DNA of 64,000 nucleotides, taken from Actinomycetota bacterium. Its GTDB lineage: Bacteria > Actinomycetota > Coriobacteriia > Anaerosomatales > D1FN1-002. The stretch spans positions 15,460-79,459 of the forward strand of contig JBBIJK010000003.1 in assembly GCA_037445995.1 (NCBI GenBank), written 5' to 3'. Below, in pieces: positions 28,056 to 36,005 of the stretch. Position 1 is the first letter of the stretch. Every line of letters begins with the position of its first letter. The position numbers and the translations under genes were made by a program. Below the pieces are notes generated by a model. That model searched no databases. It saw only the letters and a list, made by a program, of their open reading frames with translations, and was not told the origin of the DNA.

Positions 28056-28709
28056 TTACCCCTCGTCCGTAGACGAGATGTGACCCGTCATCAGGTAGAC
28101 GACGCGCTCTCCGATGTCCACGGAGTTGTCGGCGATGCGCTCCAGGTGCCTCGAGCAAAGCACCAGCATTGAGGCCACCTCCACGTCCTCCTCCTCGTGG
28201 ACGCGCGCCATCTCGCGGAAGAACTGCTTGTGGAGATGGTCGATGGGCTCGTCCATCTCGGGGAGACGCCTGGCCAGCTCCAGGTCGCCAGACTCGAGCG
28301 CTTCCATCGAGGCCGCGAGCACGCGGACGACCAGGTTGCCCTGCGCCTGCAGCAGGTCGTACAGGGTCTGCGGCGCCCGACGACCCGACGAGCGACGCAC
28401 CACCTTGGCGATGTTGACAGAGAGGTCGCCCATCCGTTCGAGGTGCACGAGGATGTGGTTGAGCGACCAAAGCAACCGCAGGTCTCGCGCCACGGGGTGC
28501 TGTGTCGCGATGACCTCGATGATCCGCTCCTCGGCGCCTATGCAGCGGAGATCGACCGAGTCGTCACTGGCGATCACGGAGGCGGCCGCCTCCGCGTCAC
28601 CTTCGATCACCGAGCTCACGGCCAAGCGAACCTGCGCCACAACCTGCTCCGCGATCGCGATCACCTCGCGCTTGAGCGCGTCCAACTCAAGCTGGAAAAC
28701 CTCACGCAT
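28056..28709 (-). CDS. phoU: PhoU-family phosphate signalling accessory protein
   Basis: MREVFQLELDALKREV..., two PhoU repeats (DDSVDLRCIGAEERIIEVIATQHPVARDLR and ...HLERIADNSVDIGERVVY). GGAGG lies 5 nt before the ATG. Confidence 0.85.
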   Translation of the reverse strand: MREVFQLELDALKREVIAIAEQVVAQVRLAVSSVIEGDAEAAASVIASDDSVDLRCIGAEERIIEVIATQHPVARDLRLLWSLNHILVHLERMGDLSVNIAKVVRRSSGRRAPQTLYDLLQAQGNLVVRVLAASMEALESGDLELARRLPEMDEPIDHLHKQFFREMARVHEEEDVEVASMLVLCSRHLERIADNSVDIGERVVYLMTGHISSTDEG

Positions 28710-29025
28710 CGGATCCTCCGTCCGGTACACCCGCCGTCCTCATGATACACCCCGAGGTGCGGCAACCCCTAACCGAAGCGAACTGCGTCGAGCGGTTTGC
28801 AGACGATCTCGTCCGGTTCGGGCTTGGCCTTCATGCCACGGAGGCGGGAACAGCAGGCGGCGTTGTGGTATGCGGGCATCGGGAACGGGCTCGCTGCTGA
28901 AGGGCGATGCCTGAGGCCATGTAGATCTGCACTTTAGACTGAGGGCTCCGGCGAGGAGAACCGCGATGCACAACGGGCGGCCCCCAACGCCGTTGTTGGC
29001 GAGTCTGCCAGCCACCTACTTAAAC

Positions 29026-29904
29026 CTATACGTGAACCTGACTGTTGTGACCGGCACCACCGGGGTCGTTGTCGAGAAGGGCCGCCACGGCAGCGTGTCG
29101 GCCCGTCCTTCCCTCCGCCCTGTAGGAGTAGAACCTGTCGGTGGCCTCAGCGGTGCACACGCCGACATCCGTCACTCGGTCGGGCCTCAGGCCGCACTCC
29201 AGGAGCGACTCACGCACCGCCGATGACAGGTCGACAGTGAAACGGGGCGGGCGGGCGGCGGGACCGCTCGGCGGGAACCCAGGTTGCGAGGGGAATCTGT
29301 CAGCCACTTCGGGCCCCACCTCGTAGTGGCAGGCCCGTATGTGCGGGCCTATGTAGGCTCGAAGCCCTTCCGGAGGTCCGTCCGACGCATCGACGGTCGC
29401 AGCCACCCCCGCAGCCACGATCCCGTCGGCCGCACCCCGCCAGCCAGCGTGAACGACGCACACCGCCCGAGTAGGCCCGGTCGCCACCAACACCAACGGC
29501 ACGCAGTCGGCGTACAGGAGCATGAGTGGCGCGCCGCTGACAGTGGTGAACAACGCGTCGGCGCCGGGGATCGGCGGGGGCCCTGACGCGGCCATCGCTC
29601 CCGCGCCCACATCCCGCTCGTTGACACGCGCCACCCGGATGCCGTGAACCTGCTCCGCCGTCGTGAGCGACGCGCGGAGCCCGTCCATGTCAAGCGCGCG
29701 GCACAGCCTGTCGCGATTGACGTCGACCGACCCCGGGTCGTCGGTGACGTGCGCCGCGAGGTTCAGCGACGTGAACGGAGGATGACTGACGCCCCCCTGC
29801 CTCTCGCTGAAGGCGACGAGGATGCCCGAGTCGATCAGCAGCCGCTCGTCGGTCAGGAAGCCCACACCCTCCCTGACGCGGCGGACAATGCGGGGGCCTC
29901 GCAC
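29026..29904 (-). CDS. pgeF: PgeF/YfiH (DUF152, YlmD-type) purine-nucleoside/peptidoglycan-editing family protein
   Basis: SERQGGVSHPPFTSLNL and CVVHAGWRG motifs. It is in the conserved position downstream of ftsZ. Confidence 0.85.
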   Translation of the reverse strand: MRGPRIVRRVREGVGFLTDERLLIDSGILVAFSERQGGVSHPPFTSLNLAAHVTDDPGSVDVNRDRLCRALDMDGLRASLTTAEQVHGIRVARVNERDVGAGAMAASGPPPIPGADALFTTVSGAPLMLLYADCVPLVLVATGPTRAVCVVHAGWRGAADGIVAAGVAATVDASDGPPEGLRAYIGPHIRACHYEVGPEVADRFPSQPGFPPSGPAARPPRFTVDLSSAVRESLLECGLRPDRVTDVGVCTAEATDRFYSYRAEGRTGRHAAVAALLDNDPGGAGHNSQVHV

Positions 29905-29999
29905 CGTGACGCGCTCCTTCCTCGGATGACACCGGCACGACCTTGGTACAAACTAACACGTGAGCACACGCTCGATCGCGCATGGGAGGGGGTGGGACG

Positions 30000-30464
30000 A
30001 TGAAGCGATCGATACGGTATTCGCTCGTCACTGCTCTGGCTGTAGCTGCCGGGACGGCGGCAGGCCCTGCGTTCGCCCAGCCCGCAGAGGACGCCGCCGG
30101 AGCGGCGATCGGCATCGGGATCATCGCGTGCTGGGGTTGTGCCGCGGTGGTCGCGCTGGCGGCTTTCGTGTGGTGGGTGTTCATGGTGATAGACGTCATC
30201 AAGCGCCAGGAGTGGGAGTTCCCCGGATCGACCGGGAGCAGCAAGACCATGTGGCTGCTGATCCTCCTCCTCGGCGGGCTGATCTTCGGCCTGTTCGCGG
30301 TCGTCGCGGCGGTCTACTACTTCGTGATCTACAGGAAGGGGCCGAAGGCCGGAACCACCGGCGCTCAGGGCGGCGGGTTCGCGCCGGCGCCTCCTGCTCC
30401 ACCGGCTCCTATGGCGCCTCCTGCTCCACCGGCTCCTATGGCGCCTCCTGAGGACGCCGACTAG
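30000..30464 (+). CDS. Membrane protein with a PLD-N-terminal-like (PLDc_N-type) two-helix domain and a Pro/Ala-rich repeat tail
   Basis: Signal-like N-terminus MKRSIRYSLVTALAVAAGTAAGPAFA, then WWVFMVIDVIKRQEWEF...KTMWLLILLLGGLIFGLFAVVAAVYYFVIYRKG. The tail is PAPPAPPAPMAPPAPPAPMAPPEDAD. Confidence 0.6.
   Translation: MKRSIRYSLVTALAVAAGTAAGPAFAQPAEDAAGAAIGIGIIACWGCAAVVALAAFVWWVFMVIDVIKRQEWEFPGSTGSSKTMWLLILLLGGLIFGLFAVVAAVYYFVIYRKGPKAGTTGAQGGGFAPAPPAPPAPMAPPAPPAPMAPPEDAD
30387..30450 (+). repeat. Perfect 27-bp tandem duplication (2.4 copies) inside the CDS
   Basis: GCGCCTCCTGCTCCACCGGCTCCTATG appears twice and is followed by GCGCCTCCTG. It encodes APPAPPAPM units. Confidence 0.9.
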
Positions 30465-30489
30465 CGCCCTCCGGGTGGCACGAACGTCC

Positions 30490-30525
30490 GAAGACCCGGC
30501 TCACATCACAGTGAGCCGGGTCTTC
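30490..30525 (+). terminator. Candidate terminator hairpin after the PLDc_N-like gene
   Basis: A perfect 15-bp stem, GAAGACCCGGCTCAC / GTGAGCCGGGTCTTC, with a 6-nt loop, 26 nt after the stop. Confidence 0.55.
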
Positions 30526-30541
30526 TGCTCGTGCGAGATGC

Positions 30542-30586
30542 CGGTCGGGCTGCGACGAGGTCCCCGCCGTCGTCGCAGCCCGACCG
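30542..30586 (-). terminator. Candidate terminator hairpin after ftsZ
   Basis: A perfect 17-bp stem, CGGTCGGGCTGCGACGA / TCGTCGCAGCCCGACCG, with an 11-nt loop, about 19 nt after the ftsZ stop. Confidence 0.55.
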
Positions 30587-30604
30587 ATAGAGAAACCCTG
30601 ATCG

Positions 30605-31681
30605 CTACGAGCGCCGCTTCAGAAACGCCGGGATGTCCAGCTCGTCCTCCGAGATCGGCTCGAAGACGGCCGTCGGGCTGCCCAGCCCCTCCTGCTCGGC
30701 GCCGAACGGTATCGCCTCCTGGCGGCGACGTGAGCCGTCGAAGCCGGTCGCGATCACCGTGACCCTGATCTGGTCCATCATCGAATCGTCGATGACAGCG
30801 CCGAAGATGATATTGGCATCCGGCGACGCTGCAGCGGCCACAGTCTCAGCCGCCTCGTTGACCTCGAACAGCCCCAGGTCGGATCCGCCAGCTATCGAGA
30901 GCAGCACGCCCGAAGCCCCCTGGATGGAGGACTCGAGCAGCGGGCTGGATATCGCGGCCTTAGCGGCGTCGTGAGCGCGGTTGTCTCCGGCGGCCAGACC
31001 GATCCCCATGAGCGCGCTCCCGGCGTCCTGCATGATCGTGCGCACGTCGGCGAAGTCCAGGTTGATCAGACCCGGGACCGTTATGAGGTCGGTAATCCCC
31101 TGAACACCCTGCCGCAGGATGTCGTCGGCGATCCTGAACGCGTCGAGGATCGACGTCTTCTTCTCGGCCACCTGCAGCAGTCGGTCGTTGGGGATGACGA
31201 TGAGCGTGTCCACGTACTCGCGCAGTTTCTTGATGCCCTCCTCGGCCTGCTGCGCGCGCTTGCGACCTTCGAACGCGAAGGGCCGTGTGACCACCGCCAC
31301 CGTCAACGCACCGATCTCCTCCTTGGCGATCTGCGCGATGACCGGAGCCGCTCCGGTGCCGGTGCCGCCGCCCTCACCGCCTGTGATGAAGACCATGTCC
31401 GCGCCCTGAAGCGCCTCCTTGATCTCCCCGCGGTTCTCCTCCGCGGCCTGGAACCCGACGTCGGGGTCGGCCCCGGCACCGAGGCCCTTGGTGAGATTCA
31501 CCCCGATGTGGACCTTGTAGTCGGCGTCTGACATCAGCAGCGCCTGCGCGTCGGTGTTCACCGCGATGAACTCGACGCCCTTGACGCTCGCCTCCACCAT
31601 GCGATTGACCGCATTCGTGCCGCCGCCGCCGATACCTACGACTTTGATGACGGCTAGGTAGTTCGCCCCGGTCTCGAGCAT
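30605..31681 (-). CDS. ftsZ: Cell division protein FtsZ
   Basis: [18 protein letters not shown] and the tubulin signature [14 protein letters not shown]. The conserved C-terminal peptide [12 protein letters not shown] is present. Confidence 0.97.
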   Translation of the reverse strand: MLETGANYLAVIKVVGIGGGGTNAVNRMVEASVKGVEFIAVNTDAQALLMSDADYKVHIGVNLTKGLGAGADPDVGFQAAEENRGEIKEALQGADMVFITGGEGGGTGTGAAPVIAQIAKEEIGALTVAVVTRPFAFEGRKRAQQAEEGIKKLREYVDTLIVIPNDRLLQVAEKKTSILDAFRIADDILRQGVQGITDLITVPGLINLDFADVRTIMQDAGSALMGIGLAAGDNRAHDAAKAAISSPLLESSIQGASGVLLSIAGGSDLGLFEVNEAAETVAAAASPDANIIFGAVIDDSMMDQIRVTVIATGFDGSRRRQEAIPFGAEQEGLGSPTAVFEPISEDELDIPAFLKRRS

Positions 31682-31798
31682 CTCGTCCTCCCGCTCGGAC
31701 GGTCCGGGCGTGCAGTCTCAACCTGCACTCTAGGGTTATCCCCCACCCGAACACTCAATCTTCCCGTAAACCCTATACGACGCGTGGTCGTTATGCAA

Positions 31799-31819
31799 TA
31801 CGCGCGCGTATGCGCGCAT
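31799..31819 (-). terminator. GC hairpin / alternating pyrimidine-purine tract between the L,D-transpeptidase gene and ftsZ
   Basis: TACGCGCGCGTATGCGCGCAT. On the minus strand it folds as an 8-bp stem (AUGCGCGC / GCGCGCGU) with loop AUAC, followed by UUGCAUAA, about 43 nt after the upstream stop. Confidence 0.35.
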
Positions 31820-31861
31820 CGGTGGATGCATCTTGGCGGCTCCCCCTCCCGTCGTCGGACC

Positions 31862-32824
31862 CTACTGCCGGGTCTGGACCATCGTGCCTAGTGGCACCTG
31901 CGGGAAGAGCTCGAGCACGTCCCGGTTGTACATGCGGATGCACCCCGCGGACACGCGCGTTCCGATCGCCCATGGCTGGCTGGTGCCGTGGATGGCATAA
32001 GCCGTGTACGAGAAGCCGCGCGAGGTCTGTGCGAACAGCCGCATTTTGCGGGGCCCGTAAACGCTTGATGGGTCAGTGTGGTATTTCGCCAGGATCCTCC
32101 AGTTGCGCTCCGGGGTGGAGGCGCCGACCCTCCCATGGGCGATCGGATAGGCCTTGACCAACTCCCCGTCGCGGATCCAGTAGAGCCGGAAGTCGGACTT
32201 GTCGACGATGATGCACGTCGGCCATGGATAGTCCAAGCGCTTGACCGCGAAGGTGTACTCCGCCGTGGCAAGCGGGTTGGCGGCGATCAGCTTGAAAGTG
32301 CTGGTACCTTTGGGGAGACTCACTTGGGCCATGCGGACCACCCGGCCGTCGGTCACCGCGACCGTCCGCAGCGACACCCCGTTCACAATCAGGGTGAGCG
32401 ATGTCGTCTGGGGTCCCGGCTTCACCTCCACGGCCGTCTTCGCAGCGGCGTAGCCGCCGGCGGGCCTAACGAGGGTCGGCTTCCCCGGAACCCCCCACAC
32501 GGTGACCGTCGACGCGGCCGAGTAGACGATGCCGCCCGCGTGCCTCACCGCCGCGTGAAGCGGGATCTCGCCCGCTCCAGCCTCGACGCCAGTGAACGCG
32601 ACGACGGAGCCAGGGGTAGCGAGCCGCGACGCGACCACCCTGCCTCCGGCGAGCACGCACACCGTCCCGGTCGGGTCCGAAGCCTCGAGGGTCACGGTGA
32701 CGTCGACGGACTTGAAGGAGGACAGCGGCGCCTGCAAGGTCAGAGCGAACGCGGTGGCCGGGACGGCGAAGAGCGTCGTCAGCGCAATGACCGCGATAGT
32801 CGCCGCGCAGCGCCTGACACCCAT
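31862..32824 (-). CDS. L,D-transpeptidase (YkuD domain) with signal peptide and N-terminal beta-rich region
   Basis: C-terminal catalytic context YAIHGTSQPWAIGTRVSAGCIRM. Signal peptide MGVRRCAATIAVIALTTLFAVPATAFA. The ATG at 32824 is preceded by AAGGAGGG with a 7-nt spacer. Confidence 0.85.
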   Translation of the reverse strand: MGVRRCAATIAVIALTTLFAVPATAFALTLQAPLSSFKSVDVTVTLEASDPTGTVCVLAGGRVVASRLATPGSVVAFTGVEAGAGEIPLHAAVRHAGGIVYSAASTVTVWGVPGKPTLVRPAGGYAAAKTAVEVKPGPQTTSLTLIVNGVSLRTVAVTDGRVVRMAQVSLPKGTSTFKLIAANPLATAEYTFAVKRLDYPWPTCIIVDKSDFRLYWIRDGELVKAYPIAHGRVGASTPERNWRILAKYHTDPSSVYGPRKMRLFAQTSRGFSYTAYAIHGTSQPWAIGTRVSAGCIRMYNRDVLELFPQVPLGTMVQTRQ

Positions 32825-32840
32825 CCGCGCACCCTCCTTT

Positions 32841-33755
32841 CTATCTGTCATCCAGGCCTCGCCAGGTGGGCCTCTGTACCGACCTGACGTTGATGTAGAC
32901 CACGCGGCCAGCCTGCTCCTGCAGGATACGCCGTATCAGAACGTCCTTGGTAGCGATGTCCTCGGCCGCACCGACGAACACCTCGACGTCGTCGACCGTG
33001 TACAGGGCGGTCTTCTCGACCGTGGGGGCGGACACGGCCCTCACGCGGTCGCGCAACTCGGTCGAGAGCCCCTCCATCACCGCCAACGCGTTGAACAGCG
33101 CAGCCGAGGAGGCCACCACCCCCGCCGACACGGTCAGGCCCTCGACGTCCCTGATAACAGGGAGATTCGCGGTGTCCTCGATCGTCCTCTCACCCATCAC
33201 AAAGCCGCCGCGATCCATGACCCAGAGGGTCTCGTGGCCGTCATCGAGAATCGCGGCAGGGACGCGCTCCGAGACCCGTATCACGAGGCCGTCCGGGAGG
33301 TCTCGCCTCACGCTGGCGTCGAGCACCCATGGATGAGACTCGACACGCTCCTCCACGGCTCGGCCCGGGAAGCGGATCAGCGTGGCGTCCGCGGGAACGT
33401 CAGCCCACTCGACGACCTCCTCGGCCTTCAGGCGGGCCACACCCTCCACCTCGACCCTCACTACAGGAAGCAGATCGGAGCGACCCAGCGCCACCAGCCC
33501 GGTCGCCACCGCCGCGACGAGCAGCGCCGCACCGCCGACCCGCACCCTCGCTCGGAGCCGGGCCGCGCGCGCTTTGCGCTCCCGATCCAACCGCTTCGCC
33601 TCGGCCGCGCCAGTCCGCTTGCGGTCCGAGGCGACTTCGGGACGCGGGACGCTCCCGCTGGCTCGCTCGCCGTGGCTCCTCGCGCCGATCTGGACCTGCC
33701 TCCGGCTAGGCGAACGTCCCGAGGAACCTGATCTCCGTCTTGAGTTCGACGCCAT
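32841..33755 (-). CDS. ftsQ: Cell division protein FtsQ/DivIB (POTRA)
   Basis: Basic N-terminal tail, one TM (GGAALLVAAVATGLVAL), then a POTRA-like region VVRVEVEGVARLKAEEVVEWADV. The exact start is uncertain. Confidence 0.8.
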   Translation of the reverse strand: MASNSRRRSGSSGRSPSRRQVQIGARSHGERASGSVPRPEVASDRKRTGAAEAKRLDRERKARAARLRARVRVGGAALLVAAVATGLVALGRSDLLPVVRVEVEGVARLKAEEVVEWADVPADATLIRFPGRAVEERVESHPWVLDASVRRDLPDGLVIRVSERVPAAILDDGHETLWVMDRGGFVMGERTIEDTANLPVIRDVEGLTVSAGVVASSAALFNALAVMEGLSTELRDRVRAVSAPTVEKTALYTVDDVEVFVGAAEDIATKDVLIRRILQEQAGRVVYINVRSVQRPTWRGLDDR

Positions 33756-34620
33756 ACTCTTCCTTCACTGTGTCGCGTGCGACGTGCATCAGCTCGAGCA
33801 CGTCCCGCGCGGTGGCTCCACCCTCGTTGACGATGAAGTTCGCGTGGACCTCCGAGATCGCCGCGCCGCCGACGCGTCGGCCCTTCAGCCCGCACGACTC
33901 TATCAGCCGTCCCGCCGAGCCCCCGGCCGGGTTCACGAACACGCTGCCCGCGGAGGGCACGCCCAACGGCTGGGTCGTCTTCCTTCGCCGGAACGACTCG
34001 TCCATGCGGCGCCGGATCTCCGCGCTGTCGCCGGGAAAGACGCATATCTCCACCTCGACGACGATTCCCCTGTCACCCAGGTGGCCGCTTGATCGGTAGC
34101 CCCAGGCGACCTCAGAACCCCTGAGGCGGACCAGCCCCTCGCCCGGCACCAGCAGCGTGACCGAACCCACCGAAGCGCCGATCCACTCGTCACGAGCGCC
34201 CGCGTTCATCGTCACGGCGCCGCCGAGGGTGCCCGGGATGCCGACAGCGCACTCCAACCCGCTCAGACCGCGCGAGTAGGCCTCCCGGACCACTCCCGCG
34301 AGGTTGCACCCCGCGCCGGCCTCGATACGGTCGTGCTGGACGTCCCGGCGGCGGAACTCGCGTCCCAGGACGATCACGGCGCCCTCGTACCCCGAATCCG
34401 ACACAAGAAGGTTCGTGCCCCTGCCGAAGACGGTCCACGGCACCTCCTCCTCCGACAGCGTCTCGACCACCATCGAGAGGTCGCGGAGGGTGTCGCAGAC
34501 CACATGCAGCGACGCCGGGCCGCCTATCCGGAACGAGGTGTGGCGCGCGAGCGGTTCACCGGTCCGGAGCGCGCCGGCGATCCCGCGCTCGATCCTCTCG
34601 GCAGCCGCGCTCACCGACAT
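33706..34620 (-). CDS. murB: UDP-N-acetylenolpyruvoylglucosamine reductase
   Basis: LARHTSFRIGGPA and GRGTNLLVSD FAD-binding motifs. Confidence 0.92.
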   Translation of the reverse strand: MSVSAAAERIERGIAGALRTGEPLARHTSFRIGGPASLHVVCDTLRDLSMVVETLSEEEVPWTVFGRGTNLLVSDSGYEGAVIVLGREFRRRDVQHDRIEAGAGCNLAGVVREAYSRGLSGLECAVGIPGTLGGAVTMNAGARDEWIGASVGSVTLLVPGEGLVRLRGSEVAWGYRSSGHLGDRGIVVEVEICVFPGDSAEIRRRMDESFRRRKTTQPLGVPSAGSVFVNPAGGSAGRLIESCGLKGRRVGGAAISEVHANFIVNEGGATARDVLELMHVARDTVKEEYGVELKTEIRFLGTFA

Positions 34621-36005
34621 CGCCGACGACCCTCCATGCCCTCGGTCAGGGCGCGCACGATCTCGGGACCCAACGTTGTCACGTCCCCCGCGCCCATGGT
34701 CATCACGAGGTCTCCCGGCCGTACCCTGTCAGCCACGTAACGGGCCACATCCGGCCGGTGGGGAAAGTACGCGACATTCGAGCGGGGCGCCGCGTCGAGA
34801 AGGGCGTCGAGCACCGTCCTGCCAGAGACGCCAGGGATCGGGGTCTCCCCCGCGCTGTAGACGTCCATCAGCACGACGCTGTCCGCATCGCCGAACGCCT
34901 CACCGAAACCGCGAGCGAGCGCCGCTGTCCGGGAGTAGCGATGCGGCTGGAAGACGGCCCACACGCGCTCGTGCCCGGCGGACCTCGCGCCCGCCAGTGT
35001 CGCCTTGAGCTCGGTGGGATGATGCGCGTAGTCGTCCACCACCAGGACGCCCGCCGCCTCGCCGACACGCTCGAACCTGCGCCGCACCCCCGTGAAGCCC
35101 TCCAGCGCCGCTGCCGCCTTGCCCACGTCAGCGCCCAGCGCCCATACGGCGGCGAGTGCCCCGGCAGCGTTCGAGACGTTGTGCAGCCCGGGCACCACAA
35201 GCTTCAGCCGCACCGTGCGACCGTCGGGGAACGAGACCGCGGCCGCGTGCCCGCGCCCCGCCGCCCGGACGTCGTGAAGGCGGACGTCAGCCGAGGCGGA
35301 TGCCCCGTACCGCAACACGCGAGCAGTAGCGGACCCTGCCAGTTCCGCCGCTCCCGGATCGTCCTCGCAAAGGACCACCCAACCTTGCGGGTCGGTCCTC
35401 CCGACGAAGCTGCGGAACACCTCCTGGATCTCCTCAAGACCCGAGTAGTGGTCCAGATGATCCTCTTCGACGTTTGTCACCAGTGCCAGGTGGGGCGCCA
35501 GGTGCAGGAAGGATCCGTCGGACTCGTCGGCCTCGACGACGCAGTGAGGGCCCGCGCCACACCTCGCGTTGGCCCTCATCTCGTTGAGCTCGCCGCCGAT
35601 CAGGAAGGTGGGATCCGCGCCGGCCCCCGCCAGCGAGCACGCGAGCATCGAGCTGGTCGTCGTCTTGCCGTGGGTGCCCGCGACCGCGACCGTCAGGCCG
35701 TCCGCCGCCACCTCCGCGAGCATCCGGGCCCGCTGCCACACGGGGATCCCCCGCCTGATAGCGGCGGCCAGCTCAGGGTTGGAGCGCGGTATCGCGGAGG
35801 AGACGACGACTACCTCCGGGTCACCCAGGTTCTCCTCGCAGTGTCCTATGGCGACGGGGACGCCCGCCTCTGAAAGGGCGCTCGAGTACCGCGACTCCTT
35901 GAGGTCGGACCCGGTCACGGAGACGCCACGGTCGTGCAGCACCCTGGCGATGCCGCTCATGCCCGCGCCGCCCACACCGATGAAGTGCGCGTAGACCCGG
36001 CTCAA
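34611..36005 (-). CDS. murC: UDP-N-acetylmuramate--L-alanine ligase
   Basis: HFIGVGGAGMSGIA and AVAGTHGKTTTS. Confidence 0.93.
   Translation of the reverse strand: MSRVYAHFIGVGGAGMSGIARVLHDRGVSVTGSDLKESRYSSALSEAGVPVAIGHCEENLGDPEVVVVSSAIPRSNPELAAAIRRGIPVWQRARMLAEVAADGLTVAVAGTHGKTTTSSMLACSLAGAGADPTFLIGGELNEMRANARCGAGPHCVVEADESDGSFLHLAPHLALVTNVEEDHLDHYSGLEEIQEVFRSFVGRTDPQGWVVLCEDDPGAAELAGSATARVLRYGASASADVRLHDVRAAGRGHAAAVSFPDGRTVRLKLVVPGLHNVSNAAGALAAVWALGADVGKAAAALEGFTGVRRRFERVGEAAGVLVVDDYAHHPTELKATLAGARSAGHERVWAVFQPHRYSRTAALARGFGEAFGDADSVVLMDVYSAGETPIPGVSGRTVLDALLDAAPRSNVAYFPHRPDVARYVADRVRPGDLVMTMGAGDVTTLGPEIVRALTEGMEGRRRCR

Noticed and set aside
28740-29015. 91-aa minus-strand ORF filling the pgeF-phoU spacer. 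It starts with a hydrophobic, signal-like stretch.
   Set aside because: There is no proper lipobox or SD. GC3 collapses and rare codons (CGA, TTA, GTA) accumulate in the second half. The region is more likely a leader or promoter.
29016-29040. GGTTCAC...GGTTTAA direct repeat (minus strand) resembling actinobacterial PhoP PHO-box units, upstream of phoU.
   Set aside because: The repeat spacing is 12 nt rather than 11. The second unit is degenerate. The element overlaps the pgeF stop codon about 300 nt from phoU. This is too weak to call.
30387-30450. Tandem repeat checked as a possible CRISPR or minisatellite array.
   Set aside because: There are only 2.4 contiguous copies with no spacers, in frame inside a CDS. 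It is a coding duplication, not an array.
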